A stretch of DNA of 64,000 nt from Candidatus Dojkabacteria bacterium HGW-Dojkabacteria-1 (GTDB lineage Bacteria > Patescibacteriota > Dojkabacteria > SC72). The DNA lies in the NCBI GenBank assembly GCA_002840365.1, contig PHAO01000001.1, positions 652,360-716,359 on the forward strand. Direction: 5' to 3'. The position numbers and the translations under genes are program-made. Under the pieces are notes generated by a model, which worked only from the letters and a program-made list of their open reading frames with translations, did no database searches and was not told the origin of the DNA. Below are positions 18,907 to 29,225 of the stretch, in pieces. Every line of letters starts with the position of its first letter. Positions within the stretch are counted from its first letter, which is position 1.

Positions 18907-19623
18907 CTACTTACCAAATTCCCAGATGAGTATTCTTCTTATCTCAATTGGTTCTCCCAATTTTGATATTGCCTCATCCAAGAGATTTTTTATAGTCTTA
19001 CTCTCGTCTTTAAACCATTTCTGTTCTAAAAGACATTTCTCTTCGAGATATTTGTTTAATTTCCCTTCTACTATTTTCTCTGCAATGTTTGCAGGTTTGC
19101 CTTCTGCTTCTGCTTCTTTTGTAAATATTCCTTTTAATTCTTCCAATTTTTCAGCAGGAATACTCTCTTGTGATACATATGTTGGTTTCATTGCAGCTAC
19201 TTGAAGTGCTACCTCATGTACAAATGTTCTAAAATCCTCGTTTCTTGCAACAAAATCTGTCTTACATGTTGCTTCTACGAGTGCTACTAATTTTTGTTCT
19301 TTACCATGTACATATGTTTCTATAAGGCCCTCACCTACTTCGGCTACAGTATCTGGTTCAATAGGTTCATCCCATCCTCTTTCTTTTATTATTGATACTG
19401 CTTTTTCAAAATCTTTCTCTGCCTCTTCGAATGCAAGCTTACAAAGACCAATCTTTGCCCCTGTAAGATTATGTAATCTGTTAATTACATCACTTCTACT
19501 ATTGATGTACTCTATTGCCTTGTTCATATCTCCTCCACTTTTAGCTAATGCCTCTTTACAAAGTGCCATACCAGCAGAAGTTTTTGCTCTAAGTAACTTT
19601 ATATCCTCTATTGTTGCTCCCAT
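18907..19623 (-). CDS. tsf: Elongation factor Ts (short form)
   Basis: N-terminal UBA-like motif LRAKTSAGMALCKEALAKSGGDMNKAIEYI, directly downstream of rpsB. Confidence 0.85.
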   Translation of the reverse strand: MGATIEDIKLLRAKTSAGMALCKEALAKSGGDMNKAIEYINSRSDVINRLHNLTGAKIGLCKLAFEEAEKDFEKAVSIIKERGWDEPIEPDTVAEVGEGLIETYVHGKEQKLVALVEATCKTDFVARNEDFRTFVHEVALQVAAMKPTYVSQESIPAEKLEELKGIFTKEAEAEGKPANIAEKIVEGKLNKYLEEKCLLEQKWFKDESKTIKNLLDEAISKLGEPIEIRRILIWEFGK

Positions 19624-19641
19624 TTTCAGTATTGTCTTAAG

Positions 19642-20793
19642 TTATTTAATAGCTTTAAGAATTTCTTCTACCGCCTTCTCTCCTACACCTTTGATACCTT
19701 TAAGGTCATCTTTTGTTTTTCCTGCCAAGTCTTCAACTGTTTCGATTCCTGATTCTTTTAATGCCTTCTCTATTCTTACTGAAAGACCTAAGTCTTCAAT
19801 TTTTCTAGAATTAGATTCTGCTTTTACTGCTTCTGCTGCTGCTATTTCCTCTTCTATATTCTTCTCTCTCTTTACTACTCTTACAACTCCTGAAGTTTGT
19901 ACATCGGTCTTTCCCTCTCTCATAGCTTTCATTCTTAATCTTTCTTCTTCTTCCATTTTTTCTTGTCTTTCTTTTTCTTCAATATATCTTGTTTGAAGAT
20001 TTCTTAAGTTTGCTTCATGGTTTGTTCTTAAAGCTCTAAGAGATTCTGATTTTTTACCATCTTTTATTACCTCTTCAAAGAGTGAAACGAAAAGTGAAAT
20101 ACTCTTTATAGAGTCATCATTTGCCGGAATTGGATAATCTACTAAATCAGGATCACAGTTCGTATCTATTAATGCTAATACAGGGATACCTGCGATTTTA
20201 GCCTCATTGATAGCATTCTTTTCTACCTTACTATCTATTACTATCAACATCTTTGGCAATTCATCCATGAACTTTATACCTTCATATACCTTGTTCATTC
20301 TTTGAACCTGTCTTTCCATTAAAAGAATTTCTTTTTTAACAAGATCTTCACCACCTGATGCAAGATTTTCTTCCATTCTTACTAATCCTTGAATACTCTT
20401 TCTCATATGATCGAAGTTTGTGAAAAGTCCACCTGGCCATCTTTTGGTTATATAGAAGGCGCCAGATTCTTTTGCACTCTTTTCAATCAATCCTGCAGCT
20501 TGACCTTTAGTTCCTACAATTAATACATTACCTTTATCAACAATATTGTTTAAATCTGTTAATGCTACTTCAAGAAGCTTTCTTGTTTTTACAAGGTCAA
20601 TGATATGTACACCATTTCTGGTTTCATATATGAATTTCTTCATCTTTGGATTCCAAGCACTTCCTTTGTGTCCGAAGTGAGATCCTGCTTGAAGGAATGT
20701 AATTAATTCTGGGATTTGAACTTTTAGGCTTTTCTTTTCTGTCTCTGCCTTAGGTGTTACAGCCTTTTTTGAGACTTCTTTTGTTTTTTCCAT
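19642..20793 (-). CDS. rpsB: 30S ribosomal protein S2 with an about 130-aa C-terminal extension ending in a helix-hairpin-helix (RNAP alpha-CTD-like) domain
   Basis: S2 core (HFGHKGSAWNPKMKKFIY...IVGTKGQAA...ALIDTNCDP). Then a KE-rich linker and LSVRIEKALKESGIETVEDLAGKTKDDLKGIKGVGEKAVEEILKAI, which resembles the RpoA alpha-CTD HhH. Confidence 0.85.
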   Translation of the reverse strand: MEKTKEVSKKAVTPKAETEKKSLKVQIPELITFLQAGSHFGHKGSAWNPKMKKFIYETRNGVHIIDLVKTRKLLEVALTDLNNIVDKGNVLIVGTKGQAAGLIEKSAKESGAFYITKRWPGGLFTNFDHMRKSIQGLVRMEENLASGGEDLVKKEILLMERQVQRMNKVYEGIKFMDELPKMLIVIDSKVEKNAINEAKIAGIPVLALIDTNCDPDLVDYPIPANDDSIKSISLFVSLFEEVIKDGKKSESLRALRTNHEANLRNLQTRYIEEKERQEKMEEEERLRMKAMREGKTDVQTSGVVRVVKREKNIEEEIAAAEAVKAESNSRKIEDLGLSVRIEKALKESGIETVEDLAGKTKDDLKGIKGVGEKAVEEILKAIK

Positions 20794-20911
20794 TTGTTTT
20801 TCCTTTTTACACCTATCTCTTGTGGGTAGAATTTTCTCTATCCAGGAAATATCAGAGATATGTGAGATTAATTAAATACGACCCTGATTATATACTCTAA
20901 GTACATATTTT

Positions 20912-21553
20912 TCAACCCATTACATTAACAGTATCCCATCTATTTTTTCCAATAATTAGGTGATCTAAGAGTTGAATTCCAACTAATTCCAAGGACTCTA
21001 GTATTCTCTTTGTAAAAAGTACATCCTCATTACTTGGAGTACTATCTCCAGAGGGATGATTATGTGCTATTAATATGAATGAAGAATTGTTAACTATTGC
21101 TGGATACAGCACCTCCCTTGGAAGAACATTTGCACAGTTAATGCTACCAACAGCAACTGTTTCTCTTGAGATATACTCAAATCTCGAATTAAGACAAAGG
21201 ATATCAACTTTTTCTTTCTTTAAATTTTCCATATCTTTAAAGATTTCGTAGGCATCTTTTGATTGTGTAATTCTTACTTTTTGAGAATCAAATATCCCAT
21301 AGACCCTTCTTCCTAACTCTATTCCTGCAACTATCCTTGTTGCTGTAACAATACCTACTCCCCTTACTTTCACCATTTCTTTTACATTAATATCTCCCCC
21401 ATCCTTTAAAGATTTTCTTACAAAAGACAGAGTACATTTAGATATTTTTTGGAAATTACTACCTTTTATACCACTACCAACCAGTAATTGAATTAATTCT
21501 GAGTCGGAAAGAGAGTCAACGCCTTTAAGGAAAAGTTTTTCTCTTGGTAGCAT
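20912..21553 (-). CDS. radC: RadC-like JAB-domain protein (UPF0758)
   Basis: JAMM/JAB motif HNHPSGDSTPSNEDVLFTKRI plus an N-terminal HhH-like region. Confidence 0.85.
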   Translation of the reverse strand: MLPREKLFLKGVDSLSDSELIQLLVGSGIKGSNFQKISKCTLSFVRKSLKDGGDINVKEMVKVRGVGIVTATRIVAGIELGRRVYGIFDSQKVRITQSKDAYEIFKDMENLKKEKVDILCLNSRFEYISRETVAVGSINCANVLPREVLYPAIVNNSSFILIAHNHPSGDSTPSNEDVLFTKRILESLELVGIQLLDHLIIGKNRWDTVNVMG

Positions 21554-21587
21554 ATACTAAATATATACTACAAAGATGAAGTAGTAC

Positions 21588-23711
21588 TTACTTTTTACTT
21601 ACTTTCTTCTTAACACTCTTTTTGATGTATTTGCAATCGGGATATCCACTACAGCCAACAAATGCTCTACCCCACTTACTTCTTCTTTCTACAAGATTTT
21701 TCCCACATTCAGGACATATTTCATTTAGCAGAAGGGGTACTGTTCCTTTGCACTCAGGATATCTTTCACATGCCCAGAATTTACCGTATTTACTGTTCTT
21801 CAATACAAGTTTAGATTCACATTTTGGACATTTCTCGGGTTTGGCATACTTCTTCAAATCCAAATTCTCTTCTCCACCACTTAAATCTTTCATACCCTTA
21901 CACTCGGGGAATCTACTACAACTGAGGAATTTCCCATACCTACCAAGTCTTACAATCATTTCACTTCCACATTCGCTACACTTTTCCTCTGACTTGGAAA
22001 GAATTACAACATCATCTTTAGAAACATTAATATCTGCCTTCTCGATGTCCTCGATAAGGGGTTTGTACTCTTTGTCGATGAAAGGAACATACTGAACTTT
22101 ACCCTGCGCAATACCATCTAATTTTTCTTCTACTCCTGCTGTATATTTGTAATCTACTAATTCTTTAAAATTGTTTTTTAGAAAGTGAGTAACGACTCTA
22201 CCGATATCCTTTGGTAGAAGATATTTTCCTTCTTTTTCGACATATTCTCTGGCTTGTATAGTACTAATAATTGTTGCATATGTGGAAGGTCTACCAATTC
22301 CAAGAGATTCTAATTTTTTCACCAAGGATGCTTCCGTATATCTTGGTTTCGGTTGTGTGAATTTTTGTTCTGTAACGAAATCTTTCTTATCAAAGATATC
22401 TTCTTTCTTAACATTATTAATCTCTTGTAATAGCTCTTCTTCATCTCCATTTCCACCATATACTACTCTAAATCCATCAAAAAGTGTTTTTTGAGCACCA
22501 ACAGAGAAGGTATATATATTTTTTAGCTTGTTTGTAGGCTCAAAATAGAGAGTAATATTCTCCACTCTCTTCTCTTTCATCTGTGAAGATACAGCTCTTT
22601 TCCAAATTAAATCGTAAAGTCTTGCTTCAGATTCTCCGAATTTACCCTTGATATATTCTCTTGTTATACCAAAGTCTGATGGCCTTATTGCTTCATGTGC
22701 TTCTTGTGCATTCTTGCTTCTGTTTTTGTAATATCTTGCTGATTCTGGAAGATATTCTTTTCCATATCTAGATGGTATGAGGTTTCGAATTTCATTTATT
22801 GCTTTTTGAGAAAGAGATACTGAGTCTGTTCTCATGTATGTAATGTAACCTGCTTGATACAGGATTTGAGCTGTAGCCATGGTCTTTTTTGCAGAATATC
22901 CCAAAACATTGTTTGCTGCTTGTTGAAGTGTGGATGTTGTATATGGAGGATATGGACTCTTCTTTAATTCCTTTTTTACAAGATCAACTACTTTATATTT
23001 TGATTCACCTAGCTCCTCTTGTAATTTTGTTACTTCTTCCTGTGTTTTAGGTATATATTTTTTAGAATCTTTCTTTATTAACTTTATCCTTAATTTTTCA
23101 CTCTCTTTTGTCACATCTACAAAAAACTCCCAGTATTCATCTGGTTTAAATGCCTCTCTTTCCTCCTCTCTCTCTACAATCAACCGAAGAGCTACTGACT
23201 GCACTCTACCCGCAGAGAGTCCATACCATATTTTTTTCCAAAGTAATTCTGAAAGTTTGTAGCCAAAGAGCCTATCAAGAACTCTTCGTGCTTTTTGAGC
23301 TTCTACAAGATTCTCGTTTACCTCATTTGGTGTTTTTAAGGCTTCTGTTATTGCATCCTTCGTTATTTCATGGAAGGTTACTCTTTTCGCACCTTTAATT
23401 GAAAGAGATGTCTTAACATGCCACGCAATAGCTTCTCCTTCTCTATCAGGGTCCATTGCAAGATATACATTCCCTTCTTTAGGAATTGCCTTTTTTAAAT
23501 CTTTTAGTATTTTTCCTTTACCATATATTGTTTCAAAGAGTGGTTCATATTTATTTTCAACATCCACCCCTAATTTACTTTTAGGTAAATCGATAACGTG
23601 ACCAACAGTGGCCATGACTTTATAATCAGGACCTAAATACTTATTTATTGTCTTTGCCTTTGCAGGTGACTCTACTATTAAAAGGTTTTTGTATTTTGTT
23701 TGTTTTGCCAT
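21588..23711 (-). CDS. topA: DNA topoisomerase I
   Basis: Toprim N-terminus LLIVESPAKAKTINKYLG, an active-site Tyr region, and three C-terminal C4 zinc ribbons (CSECG...C, CPKCES...C, CPECG...C). Confidence 0.9.
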   Translation of the reverse strand: MAKQTKYKNLLIVESPAKAKTINKYLGPDYKVMATVGHVIDLPKSKLGVDVENKYEPLFETIYGKGKILKDLKKAIPKEGNVYLAMDPDREGEAIAWHVKTSLSIKGAKRVTFHEITKDAITEALKTPNEVNENLVEAQKARRVLDRLFGYKLSELLWKKIWYGLSAGRVQSVALRLIVEREEEREAFKPDEYWEFFVDVTKESEKLRIKLIKKDSKKYIPKTQEEVTKLQEELGESKYKVVDLVKKELKKSPYPPYTTSTLQQAANNVLGYSAKKTMATAQILYQAGYITYMRTDSVSLSQKAINEIRNLIPSRYGKEYLPESARYYKNRSKNAQEAHEAIRPSDFGITREYIKGKFGESEARLYDLIWKRAVSSQMKEKRVENITLYFEPTNKLKNIYTFSVGAQKTLFDGFRVVYGGNGDEEELLQEINNVKKEDIFDKKDFVTEQKFTQPKPRYTEASLVKKLESLGIGRPSTYATIISTIQAREYVEKEGKYLLPKDIGRVVTHFLKNNFKELVDYKYTAGVEEKLDGIAQGKVQYVPFIDKEYKPLIEDIEKADINVSKDDVVILSKSEEKCSECGSEMIVRLGRYGKFLSCSRFPECKGMKDLSGGEENLDLKKYAKPEKCPKCESKLVLKNSKYGKFWACERYPECKGTVPLLLNEICPECGKNLVERRSKWGRAFVGCSGYPDCKYIKKSVKKKVSKK

Positions 23712-23793
23712 ATTGCGAGCTAAAAATACACAATGTTTCTAATTATGTCAAACTTGCCTTTACATATATTACATTATTTTTATGAAATTTCAC

Positions 23794-25812
23794 TTACTCA
23801 ACAAAACCATTTTGAACCATCCAAGTAATCATTTCTCTCATAACGGCAGATGCATTAGAACTTGATCCTCCATCTTCTAGAAATACTGTAAATGAGTATT
23901 TTGGCTTATCAAATGGGAAAAATCCAGCAACCCAAGCATGTGTATCCTCATATATTCCCTTCTCATTTACCTTACCGAATTCTGCAGTACCTGTTTTTGC
24001 AGCTACTTTGGTACCAGTGTTAGAAAGTGACCCTACTATACCTCTTGAACCATTTACAGTCTCCCACATACCTTTTCTTACGATTTCCAAAGAGCTTTGA
24101 GATGCAATGTTTTCTTGCAAAGGCTCAAACTTAACAGGATATTCAAATCCTTTCTCATCAACAAACTTTTTTGCAACATGAGGGGTATACAACGTTCCAC
24201 CATTTGCTATTGCTGCCATCCAATTAGACATCTGTATAGGGGTTACTAAAGTAATACCCTGACCTATTACTGAGTTACATGAATCTCCTTCTGGGTACCA
24301 TATTGGTTCAAGCCATGGACTTGTTGTCTTAGCAAGCTTTATCTTGTTCTCAGGAGAAGGCAATCTCCCTGGAGCTTCTCCTGGAATATCAATTTTTGTA
24401 TACGCCCCTATACCGAATTTCTCTAGGTATGGTACTAATTTATTCATATCCCAATCCCTTATCAACTCACAAAAAAATATATTTGAAGAGACTGCTAATG
24501 CATCAACAACAGTTAAAGAACCATATACATTCTTCCTATACTCTTGAAAAGGCGCTCCATTAGAGAAGGAGTAACCTGCTCTACTTACATATACTGTATT
24601 TCTAGTTATCACCTTTGAATCTAATCCTGCAGTAGCAATGACGGTTTTAAATGTTGAACCTGGTGGCATTTGTGCAGCGATTGCTCTGTTAAGTAAAGGA
24701 TTTCTTTTGTCATTGATAATTTGTGAATATTCACTTTGGGATATTCCTCCTACAAAGAGATTACCGTTGTAACTTGGATAGCTTACAATTGCCAATATCT
24801 CTCCTGTATTAACATCCTGTATTATGCCTGCTCCTCCAGCTGCATCATGTTTTGTAACAGCATCTGCTAACAGTTCATACATCTTAATTTGAATATCTTT
24901 CTTTATCGTAAGGTAAAGAGTTTTTCCTGCCTGTGGTGTTTTCAAAATATATGGCTCCTTTGAGACAGATCTTCCCAATGCATCTATTTCCTCTGCTAAT
25001 TGACCACCTATCCCTCTAAATTCTTCGTTGTAATATCTCTCAACCCCTATCTTACCTACGGTATCACCCATTCCAATGCCTTCAAGAATCTCAATATCTC
25101 TAGCAGATGCTTCACCTGTATATCCTAATATATGAGTGAAGTATTCGTTGTAAAGATATTTTCTTTTATTACCATTATCTATTGTAATACCAGGAATTTC
25201 TTGCATTCTTGCTTTGATTTTTATTGCAACATCATTATCTATATCCGAAGCTAGTAGAATCTTACTGAAATATGGACTAGACATATATATAGAGTAAACC
25301 CTATCAGAAAGGGAGTCATAGACCTCTTCAGAGTTAACAGCAACTTGCCTCCAATTATCACCAAGCATACCCCCGAGGGTATCCATACTTGCTCCAAGTT
25401 TTTCATTGTCTAGTTGACCATCTTTCTCTATATATGACTCAATAGAGAGGTATACATTCATAGATGCAACATTTTCGACTAATTTTACACCATCAGCATC
25501 GAATATTATTCCTCTTTCAGCGGGTATCTTTGATATCCTTACCTTATTTATCTCTGACCTTTGTGCCATCTTAGCCCCTTCAACAATTTGAAGTTTTGCA
25601 ATACTTGTTATCAAAAGGCCAAAGCTAAGGAAGAAGAAGATGAAGGCATATATGAAGTTCCAAGGAGAAACATCTGAATCTGGAGAACCCTTGAAAAGAC
25701 CACGTTTAACAATATCTTTGAATCCCTGCGCCTTAGAATCATTCCATACGCTAGAAGGTTTTGAAAGTTTCTTGTTCTCTAATTTTTTATCAATACTAAA
25801 TGATGAAGCCAT
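23794..25812 (-). CDS. mrdA: Penicillin-binding protein 2 (elongasome transpeptidase)
   Basis: N-terminal TM, transpeptidase motifs PPGSTFK, SSN and KTGTA, immediately downstream of mreBCD. Confidence 0.85.
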   Translation of the reverse strand: MASSFSIDKKLENKKLSKPSSVWNDSKAQGFKDIVKRGLFKGSPDSDVSPWNFIYAFIFFFLSFGLLITSIAKLQIVEGAKMAQRSEINKVRISKIPAERGIIFDADGVKLVENVASMNVYLSIESYIEKDGQLDNEKLGASMDTLGGMLGDNWRQVAVNSEEVYDSLSDRVYSIYMSSPYFSKILLASDIDNDVAIKIKARMQEIPGITIDNGNKRKYLYNEYFTHILGYTGEASARDIEILEGIGMGDTVGKIGVERYYNEEFRGIGGQLAEEIDALGRSVSKEPYILKTPQAGKTLYLTIKKDIQIKMYELLADAVTKHDAAGGAGIIQDVNTGEILAIVSYPSYNGNLFVGGISQSEYSQIINDKRNPLLNRAIAAQMPPGSTFKTVIATAGLDSKVITRNTVYVSRAGYSFSNGAPFQEYRKNVYGSLTVVDALAVSSNIFFCELIRDWDMNKLVPYLEKFGIGAYTKIDIPGEAPGRLPSPENKIKLAKTTSPWLEPIWYPEGDSCNSVIGQGITLVTPIQMSNWMAAIANGGTLYTPHVAKKFVDEKGFEYPVKFEPLQENIASQSSLEIVRKGMWETVNGSRGIVGSLSNTGTKVAAKTGTAEFGKVNEKGIYEDTHAWVAGFFPFDKPKYSFTVFLEDGGSSSNASAVMREMITWMVQNGFVE

Positions 25813-25814
25813 AC

Positions 25815-26312
25815 CTATCTAAGCCTAATTTTCTCAAAATTATTACTATCTCTAAATGAGAACAGTATTCTATCTATGAGAATACAAATTAATACTGAAA
25901 TTAGGCTGTTAAAAACAAATTTAAATATATCTGACCAGCTAAAGGAAGGGACTACGCTATCTTGTAAAATTGATGCTAGAAATGGGTTAAGTATATATCC
26001 GAAGAGAAATACAAAAAATATTACTGAGTATCTAGAACTTGTTCGATCAAGTGGAACCATTAAGCTAATTAAAAAGAATACAAAAAGAACAGTTCCTAAA
26101 ACTAGTATATTAAAACCTAGTGGTAGATGCAAAGTTACGTCTAGTGCAAGCCCAGTTAATATTACAATTAATGAAGAAAGCTTAAAATCAATCCTACCCC
26201 AAATATTGATTATTACTAACAGGGCAACAGAAAAGGCGAAGAGCGAAAGAAACATATGCTCTAAGAAAACAACTAAGAAAACCGCAATTATACCTAAAAG
26301 TACTCCTATCAT
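25815..26312 (-). CDS. mreD: Rod shape-determining protein MreD
   Basis: A 165-aa protein with about five TM helices, located between mreC and mrdA. Confidence 0.6.
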   Translation of the reverse strand: MIGVLLGIIAVFLVVFLEHMFLSLFAFSVALLVIINIWGRIDFKLSSLIVILTGLALDVTLHLPLGFNILVLGTVLFVFFLISLMVPLDRTSSRYSVIFFVFLFGYILNPFLASILQDSVVPSFSWSDIFKFVFNSLISVLICILIDRILFSFRDSNNFEKIRLR

Positions 26313-26313
26313 A

Positions 26314-27129
26314 TTAATCTATTCTAACAAATACAGTTAATAAATTGGCGTAATCAAAAGATGGAGAGACAAAACCCGATTTTGACGTAGCAGCAGGATT
26401 TTTTGAGAGTGCAACTACCCTACCTACTATCAGTAAATCCCCTATTCTCTCATCTCTTATAACTACAATATCACCATCAGAAACATCAGCATTTGCACCT
26501 ATGTTCTCTATCCTAATACCATCTAAACTACCTGTAATAACTGCTCTGGACTTAATATACCCATCTAAGTTACTAATTTCTTGCAAATTGGCTGGTACAA
26601 TGACTACTTCATATGTACTCATTCTGTTAATAGGTAATCTAACAAGAGAACCTGCCCTATCTAAACTTGATATAACTCCAACAAAAGTATTTCCAACAGA
26701 AACAACATCTCCCTCTTTAAGACCATCTTTTATTCCTGTATTTATATAAAGATCGCCTTTCTCAGACATACCTAATACCTTTGAAACTACATATTTGTAC
26801 TCAGGTATAACTATCGAGGAATTTTCTTTTAAAGCTTTGAACTCTTCATAGTCTATTAATATTTCTTTTGTAGATTTAAGCTCAATAATTTCCTCCTTCA
26901 ATGCTTTGTATTCCTCTATGTATGTTGATGCGTCAAACAGAGCTTTACTCCAATTAGAAACGGAGGAGCTAATGTCCCTTGCTACAAAAGATACTGGCTC
27001 AAATACATATGCAAATGGAATTCTTAGATATGATGAAAATGGCAACCTACCTACGAGTAGTAATAATAGTCCTAAGAGTAAAAGCAGAATTGGTTGAAGA
27101 GATTTTATCTTTAATATCGTTTTTTTCAT
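26314..27129 (-). CDS. mreC: Rod shape-determining protein MreC
   Basis: N-terminal TM, a coiled-coil segment (EEYKALKEEIIELKSTKE), then beta-rich domains. Follows mreB. Confidence 0.75.
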   Translation of the reverse strand: MKKTILKIKSLQPILLLLLGLLLLLVGRLPFSSYLRIPFAYVFEPVSFVARDISSSVSNWSKALFDASTYIEEYKALKEEIIELKSTKEILIDYEEFKALKENSSIVIPEYKYVVSKVLGMSEKGDLYINTGIKDGLKEGDVVSVGNTFVGVISSLDRAGSLVRLPINRMSTYEVVIVPANLQEISNLDGYIKSRAVITGSLDGIRIENIGANADVSDGDIVVIRDERIGDLLIVGRVVALSKNPAATSKSGFVSPSFDYANLLTVFVRID

Positions 27130-27144
27130 TTGAAAAGAATTAGG

Positions 27145-28200
27145 TTAAATAAGTTCTTCCCAAGATTTTTGTACTTTTTCGAGCAAATCAATGTGATCTA
27201 ACATCGATGCTGTTCCTCTTGCAACTGCAGAGAGTGGATCATCTACTATTTTAACGGGTATATTTAATTCTTCCATCCAAAATTCATCCAAACCTTTGAT
27301 TAATGCTCCACCACCAGCAACATGTATTCCATCATTGTATATATCCTTAAGAAGTTCTGGTGGAGTATCTTCTATTGCATCCTTTACTGCTTCAGTTATT
27401 TGACCCAAAGAAACCATAATAGCTTCTCTAACCTCTGTACTACTAAACTTGATTGATTTTGGAAGACCTGTTAACAAATCCCTTCCTTGAAGAGTAATCT
27501 CCTTTTCCTCTTTCATAGGAGATGCTGAGCCTATCTCTATCTTTACATCTTCAGCAGTTCTTTCTCCGATAAGGATGTTGTATTTATCTCTTACATAGTT
27601 CACTACATCTTGGTTCATCTCATCCCCAGCTATTCTTACAGTATTATCTACAACAATATCTCCTAAAGAAAGCACAGCTATACCAGTTGTACCACCTCCA
27701 ATATCCACTATCATACTTCCTGATGCTTCCTCTATTGGCAATCCTACTCCAATTGCGGCAGCCATAGATTCTTCTACAATAAAGACATCTCTTGCTCCAG
27801 CAGTTTTTGCGGCATCAATTACGGCTTGCCTTTCCACTTCTGTAACAGACGATGGCACTCCTACTACTACTCTTGGCTTTGGTATTTTGAAACCTTTTAC
27901 ATAGTTTTTGTGTGCACTATTAATAAAATGGTGAATCATAGCCTGAGTAGTATCAAAATCTGAGATTACTCCATCTTTTAATGGCCTAACTGCAACAATG
28001 TTTGCAGGTGTTCTACCAATCATCTCCCTTGCCTGTTGTCCAACAGCCAATACAAGCTTTGATCTTTTATCTATAGCAACAACAGAAGGTTCTGATACAA
28101 CAATACCTTCACCACGAAGATATACCATCGTGTTTGCAGTACCTAAATCTATTCCTAGATCATATGTAAATATTTCCCAAACAGAATCAAAAAGAGACAT
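27145..28200 (-). CDS. mreB: Rod shape-determining protein MreB (actin homolog)
   Basis: GIDLGTANTMVY phosphate-1, DIGGGTTGIAV phosphate-2, and GGGALIKGL adenosine motif. Confidence 0.9.
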   Translation of the reverse strand: MSLFDSVWEIFTYDLGIDLGTANTMVYLRGEGIVVSEPSVVAIDKRSKLVLAVGQQAREMIGRTPANIVAVRPLKDGVISDFDTTQAMIHHFINSAHKNYVKGFKIPKPRVVVGVPSSVTEVERQAVIDAAKTAGARDVFIVEESMAAAIGVGLPIEEASGSMIVDIGGGTTGIAVLSLGDIVVDNTVRIAGDEMNQDVVNYVRDKYNILIGERTAEDVKIEIGSASPMKEEKEITLQGRDLLTGLPKSIKFSSTEVREAIMVSLGQITEAVKDAIEDTPPELLKDIYNDGIHVAGGGALIKGLDEFWMEELNIPVKIVDDPLSAVARGTASMLDHIDLLEKVQKSWEELI

Positions 28201-28272
28201 TAAAAAATGTAATCACCTTAATTGAATGATTTTATCACTAAAATTTACTCAAGACGAGGAAATTATATACAC

Positions 28273-28488
28273 TTATTCCTGTGCTTCTTTCTGAAGCCTT
28301 TTGTAACACTTCATACAGGTATATATACTCTGAACATCACCTTCTATATCAACCTTAATCTTTCTAAGGTTTGGTTTAAAGGTACGTGTACTTCTTGGAG
28401 CCTTGTATTTCCAACCAATCGAGTGATGATGTTGGATTCTTCTCCCAGCAGCTGTAGATTTTCCACACAATTCACAAACTTTTGCCAT
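28273..28488 (-). CDS. rpmB: 50S ribosomal protein L28
   Basis: A 71-aa basic protein: MAKVCELCGKSTAAGRRIQHHHS...FKPNLRKIKV, with L28 N-terminal pattern and a zinc-ribbon variant. Confidence 0.8.
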   Translation of the reverse strand: MAKVCELCGKSTAAGRRIQHHHSIGWKYKAPRSTRTFKPNLRKIKVDIEGDVQSIYTCMKCYKRLQKEAQE

Positions 28489-28518
28489 TTCTTTCTTAAT
28501 TGAACATTTATAAGCTAG

Positions 28519-29187
28519 ATGATATTATCAAAAAGATTTCTATTTATCAAGCTTATCATGACAGAAACTTCACTAATACAAGAATATATATATTGGATAT
28601 TGGTAGCTATACCCTCTATTTTGGTTGCTGCGACTGTACATGAATACGCTCACGCATATACTGCATTCAGACTTGGAGACGCAACAGCCAAGGCCGAAGG
28701 TAGGCTTACACTTAATCCATTAAAACATATAGATCCAATTGGAGCAATATTTATGATTCTCTTCAGATTCGGATGGAGTAAACCCGTTCCTATCAATGAA
28801 TACAACTTTGAAAAGAGAGAATTATATACAGCTATCGTTGCTTTTGCTGGTCCACTTTCAAACCTACTACTCGCATTTATTACTGGATTAGTATTTAGAA
28901 TTCTTCCAGAAGATACTCATTTTCTTATAGTGTTTCTACTATATTCCTTTGCCACTATAAATATCGCTTTAGCTGTATTCAACCTTATCCCTATCCCACC
29001 ACTTGATGGCCACAAAATAGTGAGAGCTTTATTACCAGCCAAACTTCGATACTATTGGGAATATTTAGAAAGATATGCAATATTTCTAATACTTCTTTTG
29101 ATATTACCATTTTCGCCCCTTTCAAAAATTGTATTCCCATTCATAGGAAGAACTCTTACAGCAATCCTTACCTTGCTTGGATTTTAA
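28519..29187 (+). CDS. Site-2 protease family (M50) membrane metalloprotease, small form
   Basis: HEYAHAYTAF (HExxH) inside TM1, a multi-TM body, and a later PIPPLDGHKI (LDG) motif. The start could alternatively be Met at 28558. Confidence 0.7.
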   Translation: MILSKRFLFIKLIMTETSLIQEYIYWILVAIPSILVAATVHEYAHAYTAFRLGDATAKAEGRLTLNPLKHIDPIGAIFMILFRFGWSKPVPINEYNFEKRELYTAIVAFAGPLSNLLLAFITGLVFRILPEDTHFLIVFLLYSFATINIALAVFNLIPIPPLDGHKIVRALLPAKLRYYWEYLERYAIFLILLLILPFSPLSKIVFPFIGRTLTAILTLLGF

Positions 29188-29225
29188 TATCCTTTGATAT
29201 AGCTAGCAAAATATTATAAAATATA

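Noticed and set aside
21622-23398. Plus-strand ORFs antisense to topA (21622..22095, 22282..22494, 22930..23262, 23150..23398)
   Set aside because: They are embedded antisense in topA, which has strong motifs, and lack independent signals.
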